Shown here one piece after another: positions 1-9,020 of a stretch of DNA of 64,000 nucleotides. Source of the stretch: Candidatus Woesearchaeota archaeon (GTDB taxonomy: Archaea > Nanobdellota > Nanobdellia > Woesearchaeales > GW2011-AR4). The stretch spans positions 176,806 through 240,805 of the forward strand of contig JACPJQ010000004.1 in assembly GCA_016187465.1 (NCBI GenBank). The letters run 5' to 3'. A program made the translations under genes and the position numbers. Under the pieces are notes generated by a model that worked only from the letters and a program-made list of their open reading frames with translations, ran no database searches and was not told where the DNA came from. The first letter of the stretch is position 1. Every line of letters begins with the position of its first letter.

Positions 1-136
1 CGTTGAAAGGCACTTTATAAGCAATACTTTTTAACGGATTTCGCACTATATAAGACGCATATAGGAAAGCCTTCAGAAAGCTTTAAATATATATTCTTAT
101 TCTAAATTAACAATTGTTAAGTTTAGGTGATTTTAA

Positions 137-286
137 ATGGATAGAAGTGATGTGGGGCTTATTGGAGGCGGAGGATTAGCCGCTATTGTAGCCACAACAG
201 TACTGGGGCTTGGCCCTATTGGAGCGGCTGCTGTCACTTTAGGCGGGGCGTATTTAGGTCATGAAGTGGCTTCTTCATACAAATAA
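137..286 (+). CDS. small Gly/Ala-rich hydrophobic protein (49 aa), hypothetical
   Basis: ATG at 137 and TAA at 284-286. Too short for the ORF track. The sequence is a single hydrophobic Gly-rich helix (LIGGGGLAAIVATTVLGLGPIGAAAVTLGGAYLG). It lies 12 nt upstream of the permease gene. Confidence 0.3.
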   Translation: MDRSDVGLIGGGGLAAIVATTVLGLGPIGAAAVTLGGAYLGHEVASSYK

Positions 287-298
287 AAGAGTGATTAA

Positions 299-1120
299 AT
301 GCTGGAATCATTTTTGGTTACATCAAGGGAAACATTGGAAGCAAGCCTTGTTGTTGGCATAGTTCTCGCTTACCTGAACAGGACAAACAACCAGAATTAC
401 AAGAAAACAGTTTATTATGCAATCTTGTTTGGAATTCTTTCAAGTGTTCTTGCAGCTTTTACGTTTACTATTTTTGCAGGCGAGTTTGAAGGGAAGGGTG
501 AGCAGATATTCGAAGGAACAACAATGCTCATTGGCGCTTTCCTGCTTACCACAATGATTCTTTGGATGATGCAGCAAAGGCATATAGCGAAAGACATTGA
601 GGGAAAGGTTGAAAGGCATTTGATGAACACCCAGCCGTTATTCTCCCATATCGGAATCTTTTTGCTTATTTTTGTGGCAATCATAAGGGAAGGTATAGAG
701 ACTATAATATTTCTGAATGCGATAAACTATGCAAGCGGAATAAATTTCATTGGCGGCACTTTGGGGATTGTTGCTGCAGTTATTGCAGGCTACCTGTTCT
801 TTGTCAGCACCAAAAAAATAAATCTGAAAAAATTGTTTGGAATAAGCAGCGTTTTGCTCATACTGTTTGCAGCGGGATTGGTGGCGCATGGGGTTCACGA
901 GTTTGAGGAGGCTGGATTAGTCAGTGGAATTATCTCGCCATTATTTGACATCAATCATATCTTAAGTGAAAAAGGAATAATCGGAAGTTTCCTGAAAGGA
1001 TTGTTCGGGTATAATGGAAATCCAAGCTTGCTGGAGGTTACTGCTTATGTTTCTTATTTGGGAGTTATATTCTATCTATACAAAAGGATTGAGAGTTCTA
1101 GGGTAAAGGCGAACGCCTAA
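299..1120 (+). CDS. FTR1/EfeU-family high-affinity iron permease
   Basis: Polytopic membrane protein with two RExxE motifs (RETLE near the N-terminus and REGIE mid-protein). These motifs are the hallmark of the FTR1/EfeU family. Confidence 0.65.
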   Translation: MLESFLVTSRETLEASLVVGIVLAYLNRTNNQNYKKTVYYAILFGILSSVLAAFTFTIFAGEFEGKGEQIFEGTTMLIGAFLLTTMILWMMQQRHIAKDIEGKVERHLMNTQPLFSHIGIFLLIFVAIIREGIETIIFLNAINYASGINFIGGTLGIVAAVIAGYLFFVSTKKINLKKLFGISSVLLILFAAGLVAHGVHEFEEAGLVSGIISPLFDINHILSEKGIIGSFLKGLFGYNGNPSLLEVTAYVSYLGVIFYLYKRIESSRVKANA

Positions 1121-1408
1121 ATCTGGCAATGGACACCCGCTTGCTGAAGATTCTGGAGAAGGAAGTTGAAAAGGAAAAAGCCAAGAAGAAAAAGAAGCAT
1201 GTCTTTAAGCTGAGAAAAGAAAAACCCATTATGTATTACTCCGGCTGGGGAAAGGGCAAGCCTGTTAGGCAAGAAAAGGAAGAAAGGCAAACCAAGCTTG
1301 ATTAGCGTCTTAAAGAGGAAATTTTTTATAGAGTTTAGAATGTTTAATGGCAGCTCGATTAAGGAATACCATTGAGCCAAAAAATTATTGAGGAGAACTT
1401 TGGATAAA

Positions 1409-1792
1409 TTAAACATGTTTTGCAGATACAGCTAATGGAACAACTGATTTATAGCCCTCTTCATGAGCCTTAGCTTTACTTTTAATGCCTAACTCTTCCT
1501 CAACAGCAGACTCAACAACAGCCCAGTAATAATCCATGAATTTCTTAACCATCGGGTTTTTGATGTTCAATTTGTACATTTGCGCCTTGCCAACTTTCCT
1601 TGTAAGATTTATCCATTTATTCTTTACAAGTTCTTTTTTTAACTGTTTAATGCAAGGGTAGCTTACATTAGAGTGTTTAGCAATCTCTTTAAGCGAGTAG
1701 TCAAAGTCCTGTGCAACTATCAGGAAATCAAGAACTTTGTTTTTTGGATTATGCCCTTCCCTTTCCAAAAATACCGATCTTTCTTGTGACAT
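1409..1792 (-). CDS. winged-helix (HTH) transcriptional regulator
   Basis: Predicted HTH segment LKEIAKHSNVSYPCIKQLKKELVKN. The likely true start is MSQERS at 1792. The MYTHTHT extension in the ORF track comes from reading through a GT repeat. Confidence 0.5.
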   Translation of the reverse strand: MSQERSVFLEREGHNPKNKVLDFLIVAQDFDYSLKEIAKHSNVSYPCIKQLKKELVKNKWINLTRKVGKAQMYKLNIKNPMVKKFMDYYWAVVESAVEEELGIKSKAKAHEEGYKSVVPLAVSAKHV

Positions 1793-1891
1793 AGTGTGTG
1801 TGTGGGTGTACAAGTATGTAAAGCTTTCTATTTATCCCCTGAGGGATATATTATTATACCTAAAAAGGGGAAGTATTTAAGCAAGCCTGTA

Positions 1892-2200
1892 ATGGAGCAG
1901 ATTATAAAAGTCAATAAAAGCGACTACATCAAGTACAGCAGATTCGTAGTGAGAAAACTTCACAGGTCAACATGCTACGGCAAAGGCTCAATGTACGAAG
2001 AAAATGTTGCAGCAGGATTGCCTGATACGGGAATAGCTAAGAAAGTGCTGGCTGCACTGATAAAACAAAAAATAGTTTGCAAAAAGAAAAAAGAGCATGG
2101 TTGGAAATATTACCTAAATATGGAAAGGCTTGATAAGATAAAAGAAATAATCAAAGAAACTGGAAAAAATTCAATAATCCCCCTATCGCTGTTTCTATAA
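1892..2200 (+). CDS. hypothetical basic protein (102 aa)
   Basis: ORF re-started at the internal ATG at 1892 (MEQIIKVN). It is divergent from the HTH regulator. No recognisable motif. Confidence 0.35.
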   Translation: MEQIIKVNKSDYIKYSRFVVRKLHRSTCYGKGSMYEENVAAGLPDTGIAKKVLAALIKQKIVCKKKKEHGWKYYLNMERLDKIKEIIKETGKNSIIPLSLFL

Positions 2201-2247
2201 GAGTAGGCAACACAAACTATAAAAACCTTCAAAAATCTTGTTTCTTA

Positions 2248-2532
2248 ATGAAGAACTTACTATGGTATTTAACAGCAGGCACAAGAGGAGGAGAAACAAG
2301 AGGCAAAATTATAAGCCTATTAAAGAAAACTCCGTCAAATGCAAATAAAATTGCTGAAATGCTGAATCTTGACTACAAAACTGTGAGGCATCATTTGGAA
2401 GTTCTGGAGAAAAATAATATAATCACTGCAGTAAACAAGGGAAATTACGGGGCTGTGTACTTCTTGTCAGAGTTTATGCAGGCAAACATCAAGCTTTTTG
2501 GCGAGATTTGGGCCAAATTTGGGAAAAAGTAG
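2248..2532 (+). CDS. ArsR/winged-helix-type small transcriptional regulator
   Basis: Predicted HTH segment ANKIAEMLNLDYKTVRHHLEVLEKNNII, typical of small ArsR-like archaeal regulators. Confidence 0.55.
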   Translation: MKNLLWYLTAGTRGGETRGKIISLLKKTPSNANKIAEMLNLDYKTVRHHLEVLEKNNIITAVNKGNYGAVYFLSEFMQANIKLFGEIWAKFGKK

Positions 2533-2559
2533 ATAAATAAGGAAATATTTCACTTTCTT

Positions 2560-2847
2560 ATGGATTCATTAATGATGAAGTTCATAACTGTATTGACTTC
2601 AGTGTCTGTGATAATATTGCTGCTGCTGATTTATGTGTATTACAAAAACCTGAAAAAAATAAAATCAAGCTTCACTATCGGCTTGCTGATTTTTGCTGTT
2701 CTGTTTCTGATGCAAAATGTTGTATCTTTGATTTATTACACAACAATGATGGATTATTATGTCCCGGCAGTTGAGAATCATGTGTTTATAATTACTTTAT
2801 TGCAAACAATAGGGTTTGCTATTTTGCTGAAAATAACATGGGAGTGA
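2560..2847 (+). CDS. small membrane protein (3 predicted TM helices)
   Basis: Hydrophobic segments only. No motif. Confidence 0.4.
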   Translation: MDSLMMKFITVLTSVSVIILLLLIYVYYKNLKKIKSSFTIGLLIFAVLFLMQNVVSLIYYTTMMDYYVPAVENHVFIITLLQTIGFAILLKITWE

Positions 2848-2854
2848 TGAAAAA

Positions 2855-3724
2855 ATGGAAAAAATAAATTATTTGCTTGTAGTTTTGGCAATTTTTAGTG
2901 TGATTATTTTGGGATGTAACCAAGCACAAGTCGCCAGTTCTGGCAATAAAGAAAACATGCAAAAAGAAATGTCCATGTCTGAAAAATGCAAGTCTCTTGA
3001 AGAAAGAGAAAAATCAGGAACTACTCAATGGACTGCTGAAGAAAAAGAATTGATGGAAAAATGTGAATCAATGGAAAAGCAAATCATGGAAGAAGAATCC
3101 ATGATGGCAGAAGAAGGGTTTGAGATGATGAACGGAAAGATGATGGTGGTGAACGAGAAGACTAAAATAAGCACTGTAATGGAAAAGGATGCCACGCTTA
3201 ATGACGGGACGAAGGTCATGACTGACGGGAAAGTAATGAGGAAGGACGGCACTTCTTTCATGCTCAAAGAGAATGAATCAATCTGGATGGATGGCTCTTT
3301 TATGAAAGCAGGCGAAATGATGATGGATGAAATGAAGGGAGATTCAATGATGCAGGGCTATAAAGGCAAAGTTTTGGCAGGCACAACAGCAAAATACCTA
3401 GATTTTAATAAAGCGGATTACGACAAAGCCTTGAAAGAAAAAAAGAAAATATTATTATACTTTTATGCAAGCTGGTGCCCTGTATGCAAAGCAGAGCAGC
3501 CTCAAACATTTGCAGCTTTCAATGAATTAAATGACCCAGACTTAATAGGTTTTAGGATTAATTACAAGGACTCTGACACAGATGCTGATGAGGAAGCGCT
3601 GGCAAAACAATTTGGGATTGCATACCAGCACACAAAAGTGATTTTAAAAGATGGCCAAAGATTTGGCAAATGGCCTGACTCATGGGACAAGCAGAGATAT
3701 CTTGATGAGATAGCAAAGGTGTAA
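2855..3724 (+). CDS. lipoprotein with Met-rich N-terminal domain fused to a thioredoxin-fold domain (CPVC)
   Basis: Signal peptide plus lipobox-like LGC. About 35 Met in roughly 170 residues, with repeated DGxKVM motifs. C-terminal LLYFYASWCPVCKAEQP is a thioredoxin active-site signature. Confidence 0.7.
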   Translation: MEKINYLLVVLAIFSVIILGCNQAQVASSGNKENMQKEMSMSEKCKSLEEREKSGTTQWTAEEKELMEKCESMEKQIMEEESMMAEEGFEMMNGKMMVVNEKTKISTVMEKDATLNDGTKVMTDGKVMRKDGTSFMLKENESIWMDGSFMKAGEMMMDEMKGDSMMQGYKGKVLAGTTAKYLDFNKADYDKALKEKKKILLYFYASWCPVCKAEQPQTFAAFNELNDPDLIGFRINYKDSDTDADEEALAKQFGIAYQHTKVILKDGQRFGKWPDSWDKQRYLDEIAKV

Positions 3725-3726
3725 AA

Positions 3727-4476
3727 ATGGGCAAAGGCCAGTGGGAAATATTTGTTAACAGCATTTTTTTTGTTCTAGGCTTTAGCATAATATTCTCATT
3801 GGTAGGAGTTTTGCTTCAGAGCGTTTTGTCAAACTATGCGTATACTGTGCAAAATTATCTTTCATATGTGGGCGGCGCTGTAATAATCTTGTTTGGATTT
3901 TATTTGATAGGCTTGATAAAGATTGGGTTTCTGGAAAGAGAGCACAAGTTTAATGTCAAGAAAAGATTTAAGTACTCTTATGCAACATCCTTTGTTTTTG
4001 GAGCTGCCTTTGCTATCGGCTGGACACCTTGTGTAGGGGCTGTTCTTGGAAGCATTCTGACGATTGCTATAACAAACCCCGGAAGCGCATTTTACTTTTT
4101 GTTTGCTTACTCTATCGGCCTAGGATTGCCTTTTTTGATTGTTGGATTGTTCACATCGCAAGCATCTGGATTAATTGAAAGAATAGTGCCCAAGCTCAAG
4201 TACTTAAACTATATTTTTGGCATCATACTTATAATTTTAGGAATTTTTGTTTTTACACAGCAGCTGAGCAGAATTGCAAATGTTCCTTTCCTTACAAATT
4301 TGCTTGTATCAGTCAATTCAGGCGCCGGCTTTGGCAGCAAGATTGGCATAGGAATTGCTTTCCTGGCTGGATTATTTTCATTTTTAAGCCCGTGTGTGCT
4401 TCCCATAATACCCGGATTTTTGTCATATCTGGCAACGACAGCAGTAACGACAGCTGAAGGCAAAAGCGAAGGGTAA
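3727..4476 (+). CDS. ccdA: CcdA/DsbD-family transmembrane thiol-disulfide electron transporter, circularly permuted form
   Basis: GWTPCVGAVLGSIL (TM4-type Cys) lies mid-protein. FLSPCVLPIIPGFLSYL (TM1-type Cys) lies at the extreme C-terminus. The sequence is otherwise collinear with residues 48-236 followed by residues 1-47 of the paralogue at 9021-9731. Confidence 0.75.
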   Translation: MGKGQWEIFVNSIFFVLGFSIIFSLVGVLLQSVLSNYAYTVQNYLSYVGGAVIILFGFYLIGLIKIGFLEREHKFNVKKRFKYSYATSFVFGAAFAIGWTPCVGAVLGSILTIAITNPGSAFYFLFAYSIGLGLPFLIVGLFTSQASGLIERIVPKLKYLNYIFGIILIILGIFVFTQQLSRIANVPFLTNLLVSVNSGAGFGSKIGIGIAFLAGLFSFLSPCVLPIIPGFLSYLATTAVTTAEGKSEG

Positions 4477-4480
4477 ATCT

Positions 4481-5596
4481 ATGAGCAAAACAAAATTTTT
4501 TGCCAAGCCTTTCATAACACTTGTTGTGTTAGTGTTTGTGGTCGCAGCTATTATTTATCTACAGTCGCAGAAAGTCATAATCAGCTCTTCTGCAAATCCA
4601 CAGTTACAGACAGAAAAGGAAAAAGGCTCAAAATATCCAAAAGCTCCTGATTTTGTTGGAATTGAAAGATGGATTAATTCCGAGCCTTTAAAGATAGAGC
4701 AGTTAAGGGGCAAAGTTGTCTTGGTGGATTTCTGGACTTATACGTGCATTAACTGCATAAGGACATTGCCTTATTTGAAGGATTGGGACAAGAAGTATCA
4801 CGATAAAGGGCTGGTTATTGTTGGAGTGCACACACCTGAATTCGAGTTTGAGAAAAAATATGAAAATGTTCTCAAGGCAGTCAATGATTACCAGCTGAAA
4901 TATGCTGTTGCGCAGGACAATAACTATGCGACATGGAGTTCCTATCAAAACAGGTACTGGCCTCATAAATTTTTAATTGACATTGACGGCTATATCAGAT
5001 ACGACCATATTGGAGAAGGCTCTTACGATGAGACCGAGAAGATGATACAGCTTTTGCTGAATGAAAGGATGGAAAGGCTGGGAAAAAAGGATAAGATAGA
5101 AACTGGCACGTCAAACATTTTAAGCCCTGATGTAGACTTTTCAAAAATAGGCACGCCGGAAATCTATTTTGGCTACCAGTTTGACAGGGGCAACCTTGGC
5201 TATGACAACTTAAAGCCTGATTCCACTACTGATTTTAAGCTTTCTCCAAAGCCGTCCAAGAATTTAGTTTATTTAGAAGGAAAATGGAAATATAATGCTG
5301 ATAACATGGAGCTGATTAGCGACGAAGGTACTGTCATGCTGGCATTTGAAGCCAAGAAAATAAACATGGTGGCTGGCTCTGGTGGCAAATCCGATGCTTA
5401 TGTATTTCTTGACAATTCCCCTTTAAATGAAAAGACAAAGGGAAGCGACATGCTCGTTAAGGATGGAAAAAGCATAATCAACATCAGCGAGTATAAACTG
5501 TACAACATAGCCTCCGCCGAAGACTACGGCACGCACATAATTGAATTGCAAGTTGGTGGAAAAGGATTTAAAATTTACACGTTTACGTTTGGGTGA
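4481..5596 (+). CDS. membrane-anchored TlpA/ResA-like thioredoxin-fold oxidoreductase (CINC) with roughly 200-aa beta-rich C-terminal extension
   Basis: N-terminal TM helix. VVLVDFWTYTCINCIRTLPYL is a thioredoxin-fold CxxC motif. The C-terminal domain has no recognised motif. Confidence 0.7.
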   Translation: MSKTKFFAKPFITLVVLVFVVAAIIYLQSQKVIISSSANPQLQTEKEKGSKYPKAPDFVGIERWINSEPLKIEQLRGKVVLVDFWTYTCINCIRTLPYLKDWDKKYHDKGLVIVGVHTPEFEFEKKYENVLKAVNDYQLKYAVAQDNNYATWSSYQNRYWPHKFLIDIDGYIRYDHIGEGSYDETEKMIQLLLNERMERLGKKDKIETGTSNILSPDVDFSKIGTPEIYFGYQFDRGNLGYDNLKPDSTTDFKLSPKPSKNLVYLEGKWKYNADNMELISDEGTVMLAFEAKKINMVAGSGGKSDAYVFLDNSPLNEKTKGSDMLVKDGKSIINISEYKLYNIASAEDYGTHIIELQVGGKGFKIYTFTFG

Positions 5597-5649
5597 TTTA
5601 GTTAAAATTTTTAATTTTAGAATTTGTTAGAATGCAAATTTGAGTATTC

Positions 5650-6123
5650 CTATTTATCCAATCTGTAAATCACCATAGGGGCTTTTTTTTGACCTTCAGC
5701 AGTTTCTAGAATTTGTATTTTCTTTTCATCATAACCGTCTCCAATTGCAAAAGATGTAAAAAGTGCAGCAAAAATATGGTAAGGAACTATTATTCCAAGA
5801 GCAATTGAATCTGGAGTGGATACAGCATCCATCATTTTAGCCATCCCATATTCAATACCAAATAATGGAATACCAACAACTGCTCCGCTTGCAGCAGCTT
5901 TGTAAGCTCTAATCAATGTATCGATTCCCCTCTCTTTTGTTTTTTCCCAGTCTTCACCCAGAACGTTAGTAATTCCTTTTTGTCTTGCATTTTTGACAAA
6001 AGGGGTCATTGGTTCATATCCCCTCTCAATTGTTTTATCTACATCCACATTCCATGCACTTTTAATTCCTCTTTCTCTTAAATTTTTAAGGAAAGAGCCA
6101 AGATTGTACTCTAAGTTTTGCAT
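5650..6123 (-). CDS. hypothetical protein
   Basis: 157-aa ORF with a hydrophobic C-terminal region. No motif. Confidence 0.4.
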   Translation of the reverse strand: MQNLEYNLGSFLKNLRERGIKSAWNVDVDKTIERGYEPMTPFVKNARQKGITNVLGEDWEKTKERGIDTLIRAYKAAASGAVVGIPLFGIEYGMAKMMDAVSTPDSIALGIIVPYHIFAALFTSFAIGDGYDEKKIQILETAEGQKKAPMVIYRLDK

Positions 6124-6184
6124 AATTCAACAAAAAACAATTGCATTTATATACTTTTTCATAAAAAATCCAAATATTTACTAC

Positions 6185-7015
6185 TTACAGCTTACTATAA
6201 ACTTTCTTCATCAAAAGTGCATCCTCCTCTATATTCGGGCTTTCTGAGATTGCAACTCCTTTCACTTTAAAATCCTTCAATGCTTTTAGCAATTCTTGAT
6301 ATTTCAAATCTGACTCTTCTAAATTCAAATGGTTTTTCTCGCCTTTAGGCCCGTAGGCAATTCCAGTTATGTGCATGTGCATGTTCTCAAGACCTTTTTT
6401 GCCGAGTTTTTTCTCAATCGCTTCCAGAATGCCTGCAAATTCTTTATATGTATTGTATTTTCCGTTTGTCCTTGCATGGAAATGCGCAAAATCAACACAC
6501 GGCATTACATTGCCAAGCTCCTGGCTTAGCTGCAGTATTTCGTCAACATTCCCAAACTGGGTTTCCTTGCCGGTTGTCTCAGGCCTTACCCATATTTCAT
6601 TGCTCTCTTCTTTCAATGTTGAAACAATCTCTTTCATATTGTGCTTTACTGCGTCATAAACTTTTTTTGCGTCCATCCCCATGTAAAATCCTGAGTGAAA
6701 GCAAACAGAATACCCGCCGCATAAATTTGCAATGCGGGCAGAATTCAGTATTCTGTCAATGCTTGCCTTTATTTTTGCCTTCTCAAGAGAATTCAGGTTG
6801 ATGAAGTAAGGCGCGTGGCACGTCAAAACAACATTGTTTTCTTCAGCTATCCTCTTTATCTCAGGCGCCTTGTCTTTGGTTATATTTACGCTCCTTACAA
6901 ACTCAAGCTCCATTGCCCCCAGTCCAAGCTTTCTGACGTGCCTGATTCCATCGCCGGTTGTCCTTGGATTAGAGCTTAAAGGAATTCCCGCTGTCCCGAA
7001 TAAAAGCTCTTTCAT
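6185..7015 (-). CDS. nfo: AP endonuclease family 2 (endonuclease IV/Nfo-like, xylose-isomerase TIM barrel)
   Basis: Blocks resembling Nfo: ETTGKETQFG, CVDFAHFHA and MHMHITGIAYGPKGEKNHLNL, which line up with Nfo ENTAGQG, CIDTCHAFA and MHLND...HH respectively. Confidence 0.6.
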   Translation of the reverse strand: MKELLFGTAGIPLSSNPRTTGDGIRHVRKLGLGAMELEFVRSVNITKDKAPEIKRIAEENNVVLTCHAPYFINLNSLEKAKIKASIDRILNSARIANLCGGYSVCFHSGFYMGMDAKKVYDAVKHNMKEIVSTLKEESNEIWVRPETTGKETQFGNVDEILQLSQELGNVMPCVDFAHFHARTNGKYNTYKEFAGILEAIEKKLGKKGLENMHMHITGIAYGPKGEKNHLNLEESDLKYQELLKALKDFKVKGVAISESPNIEEDALLMKKVYSKL

Positions 7016-7021
7016 AAGAAT

Positions 7022-7306
7022 TCAAAATTCCACTTCTTCAGTTTCTTCAACAAAATACACGTCAGGCTTGTCAATGACTCCGGCTTTCATCATGACTTCC
7101 TTCAAATCTTCAAGCTGGGAAAACTTTTTTGCATTCTGAAGATTGTCCCATCTGAGCAGAATGAAAACCTCGTTTGGATTTTCGGCATTCCTGAAAACTT
7201 TTCCGCCTTTTGAGCCTGTTGCCTGCCTTACAACACCATGCTCGTCGAAATAAGGCTCCCATTTGTTGAAGTCTTTGACTTTATGCCTAACTAAAACATA
7301 AGTCAT
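7022..7306 (-). CDS. small ABM/Dabb-like alpha+beta barrel protein (hypothetical)
   Basis: 94 aa. Composition and size suggest a stress-responsive alpha/beta barrel. This is a weak call. Confidence 0.3.
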   Translation of the reverse strand: MTYVLVRHKVKDFNKWEPYFDEHGVVRQATGSKGGKVFRNAENPNEVFILLRWDNLQNAKKFSQLEDLKEVMMKAGVIDKPDVYFVEETEEVEF

Positions 7307-7339
7307 TTTGCTTACCTTCTTACTTTCTATTTAATCTGC

Positions 7340-7522
7340 TTACTCGTCCTTAAGCATGCCTTTGATTTGCCCGCGCAATTCCGGGCCGTCTTTGTGCCCG
7401 TGGTCATGGACTGCATGCCAGACAGCCACTTTCATTACTTCATCTTCCGTTCCTGCAATAGTAAGCGAACAGTTCTTTTCGCTTGGAAATGCCCTGCAAT
7501 CTGCCACCTTTCTACCTGTCAT
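7340..7522 (-). CDS. DUF1059-like small metal-binding protein
   Basis: 60 aa with a Cys/His pattern (C..C...HAVHDHGH) typical of the small DUF1059 family. Confidence 0.5.
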   Translation of the reverse strand: MTGRKVADCRAFPSEKNCSLTIAGTEDEVMKVAVWHAVHDHGHKDGPELRGQIKGMLKDE

Positions 7523-7607
7523 GTTTACACCCCCTTAAGATTTTGTTAGTAAGCTGGATTATTACGTTGTATTTAATATTTTCGATTAAAAACAGGCGAA
7601 ATTTGCA

Positions 7608-8243
7608 TCAACTTACATACCCCCGGATAAGCATTCTTCCCAAAGTGCTTAATTTAATCTCCATTCTTCCCTTGATATCTTCCGTTTCAACCAAGCCCAT
7701 TTTTTTAAGTCCTTCTGATTTCAGGTTTCCGTTTATGTGGTAAGAAATCAAAGGCAGGCTCATCTTTGTCTTTTTGCCTAATTCATCAAGAGACATGCAG
7801 CAATTTGGCTTGCTCAGGTTTTTGAGGATATCCATTTTTTTATCAGTCAACATCCTGTAATAAGAGAACTTCAAGACAGGAAGAAGCATAGCCATTCCCT
7901 TCTCTACGGAAAAGGCTTTAATTCCATTTACAAATGCAGCGCTTGTTGCCGCGCATGTTGTTGTCCTGTCCCCCGTCGCAGTGTTTATAATTATATTATT
8001 ACCGCCTTCAATTTTTGAAATCTCGCCTATTTTTCTGAACATATCCTCCCATACTTCGCCTTTCATTTCAATTATCTTTGTAGGTATGCCAAACTTCTCC
8101 AAATCTTTTATTGCGCTTTCTGCTGTCTTCATGTAATCGGCAGGAGCCAGCAAATAAATTTTTTCAGTTGGAAATTCTTTTAGGCCCACAAACAGGGCAT
8201 TTATGTTATCGCCAACCGGTGCAATGATTATATTCTTTGGCAT
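7608..8243 (-). CDS. CARF-like Rossmann domain fused to C-terminal winged HTH (Csa3-like architecture)
   Basis: N-terminal MPKNIIIAPVGDN...IIINTATGDRTTTCAATSA resembles the CARF ligand-binding loop pattern (D/N-x-T-x-G-x-K/R-x-T/S). The C-terminus has a predicted wHTH (MSLDELGKKTKMSLPLISYHINGNL). Confidence 0.4.
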   Translation of the reverse strand: MPKNIIIAPVGDNINALFVGLKEFPTEKIYLLAPADYMKTAESAIKDLEKFGIPTKIIEMKGEVWEDMFRKIGEISKIEGGNNIIINTATGDRTTTCAATSAAFVNGIKAFSVEKGMAMLLPVLKFSYYRMLTDKKMDILKNLSKPNCCMSLDELGKKTKMSLPLISYHINGNLKSEGLKKMGLVETEDIKGRMEIKLSTLGRMLIRGYVS

Positions 8244-8388
8244 GATTCCACCTCATCTAATCATAATCTCATGTTCTTATTTAAAGCTTTATGTTTAATC
8301 ATTAAAACTAATGTTTAATGATATAACATCAGTATTATATCTAATTCTAGATATATTGCCTTTAGAGATTTTCACTGGAGGTGGAAAA

Positions 8389-8979
8389 ATGAACTGGAAA
8401 ATACTGGCAGGAGTATTATTAGTTATAGGACTGATTGCTGGCTTTGCAGGAGGCAAGACGTCAACATCTGGAGAAATAAATAATTTAAATGGAAAGGTGG
8501 CGCAGCTTTCTGAGCAGGTTAAATCGGCAGAGAGCCTGAAAAACCAGCTGGCTGAAACAAAAGCGCAGCTTGAAAAGCTGAATGTGAATGACCTTTATGG
8601 GTTAATAAAAGTCGAGGACAATGCAAAGGCGTACAAGATAGGCGATATGAACAAAATGCCGCCGGTAATTGCAAACGATGTCATTGGAAGCACGCCTGTA
8701 ATTGTTTCATGGTGCCCGCTGTGCGGAACTCTCACTGCATATGACAGAAAAGTGGATGGGCAGACATTGACTTTCAAGGTTGAAGGAGCAAGAAAAATTC
8801 CCGGGACGGATATTGAAAACCTGCATTTAAGGGATGGGCAGACAAACAGCGTCTGGGCTCAAGGCCCCGGATTGGCAGTTGAAGGCTCTGAAAAAGGAAC
8901 TGAGCTTAAATCATACCCTGTGCAGCTGTTCAACAAGGATGTGATTGACAAGATGGGGGTTGAAGTCTGGAAACCCTGA
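8389..8979 (+). CDS. membrane-anchored DUF3179-like protein (CPLC motif)
   Basis: Start moved to MNWKIL at 8389, which is preceded by a GGAGGTGG ribosome-binding site (RBS). TM helix, then coiled-coil, then VIVSWCPLCGTLTAYDRKVDGQTLTF. This matches the C-terminal domain of the 9741-11177 product. Confidence 0.6.
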   Translation: MNWKILAGVLLVIGLIAGFAGGKTSTSGEINNLNGKVAQLSEQVKSAESLKNQLAETKAQLEKLNVNDLYGLIKVEDNAKAYKIGDMNKMPPVIANDVIGSTPVIVSWCPLCGTLTAYDRKVDGQTLTFKVEGARKIPGTDIENLHLRDGQTNSVWAQGPGLAVEGSEKGTELKSYPVQLFNKDVIDKMGVEVWKP

Positions 8980-9020
8980 TTTTTTATTTTTTTATTCTTT
9001 GAAAATAAGGCAAAACAAAA

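Noticed and set aside
1793-1813. MYTHTHT N-terminal extension of the HTH regulator
   Set aside because: It is created by reading through the GT repeat. The downstream Met (MSQERS) gives a compact protein with a sensible start.
6329-7139. Plus-strand ORFs of 66-117 aa
   Set aside because: Antisense to the endonuclease IV-like gene. The Cys/Ser/Leu-rich composition is artefactual.
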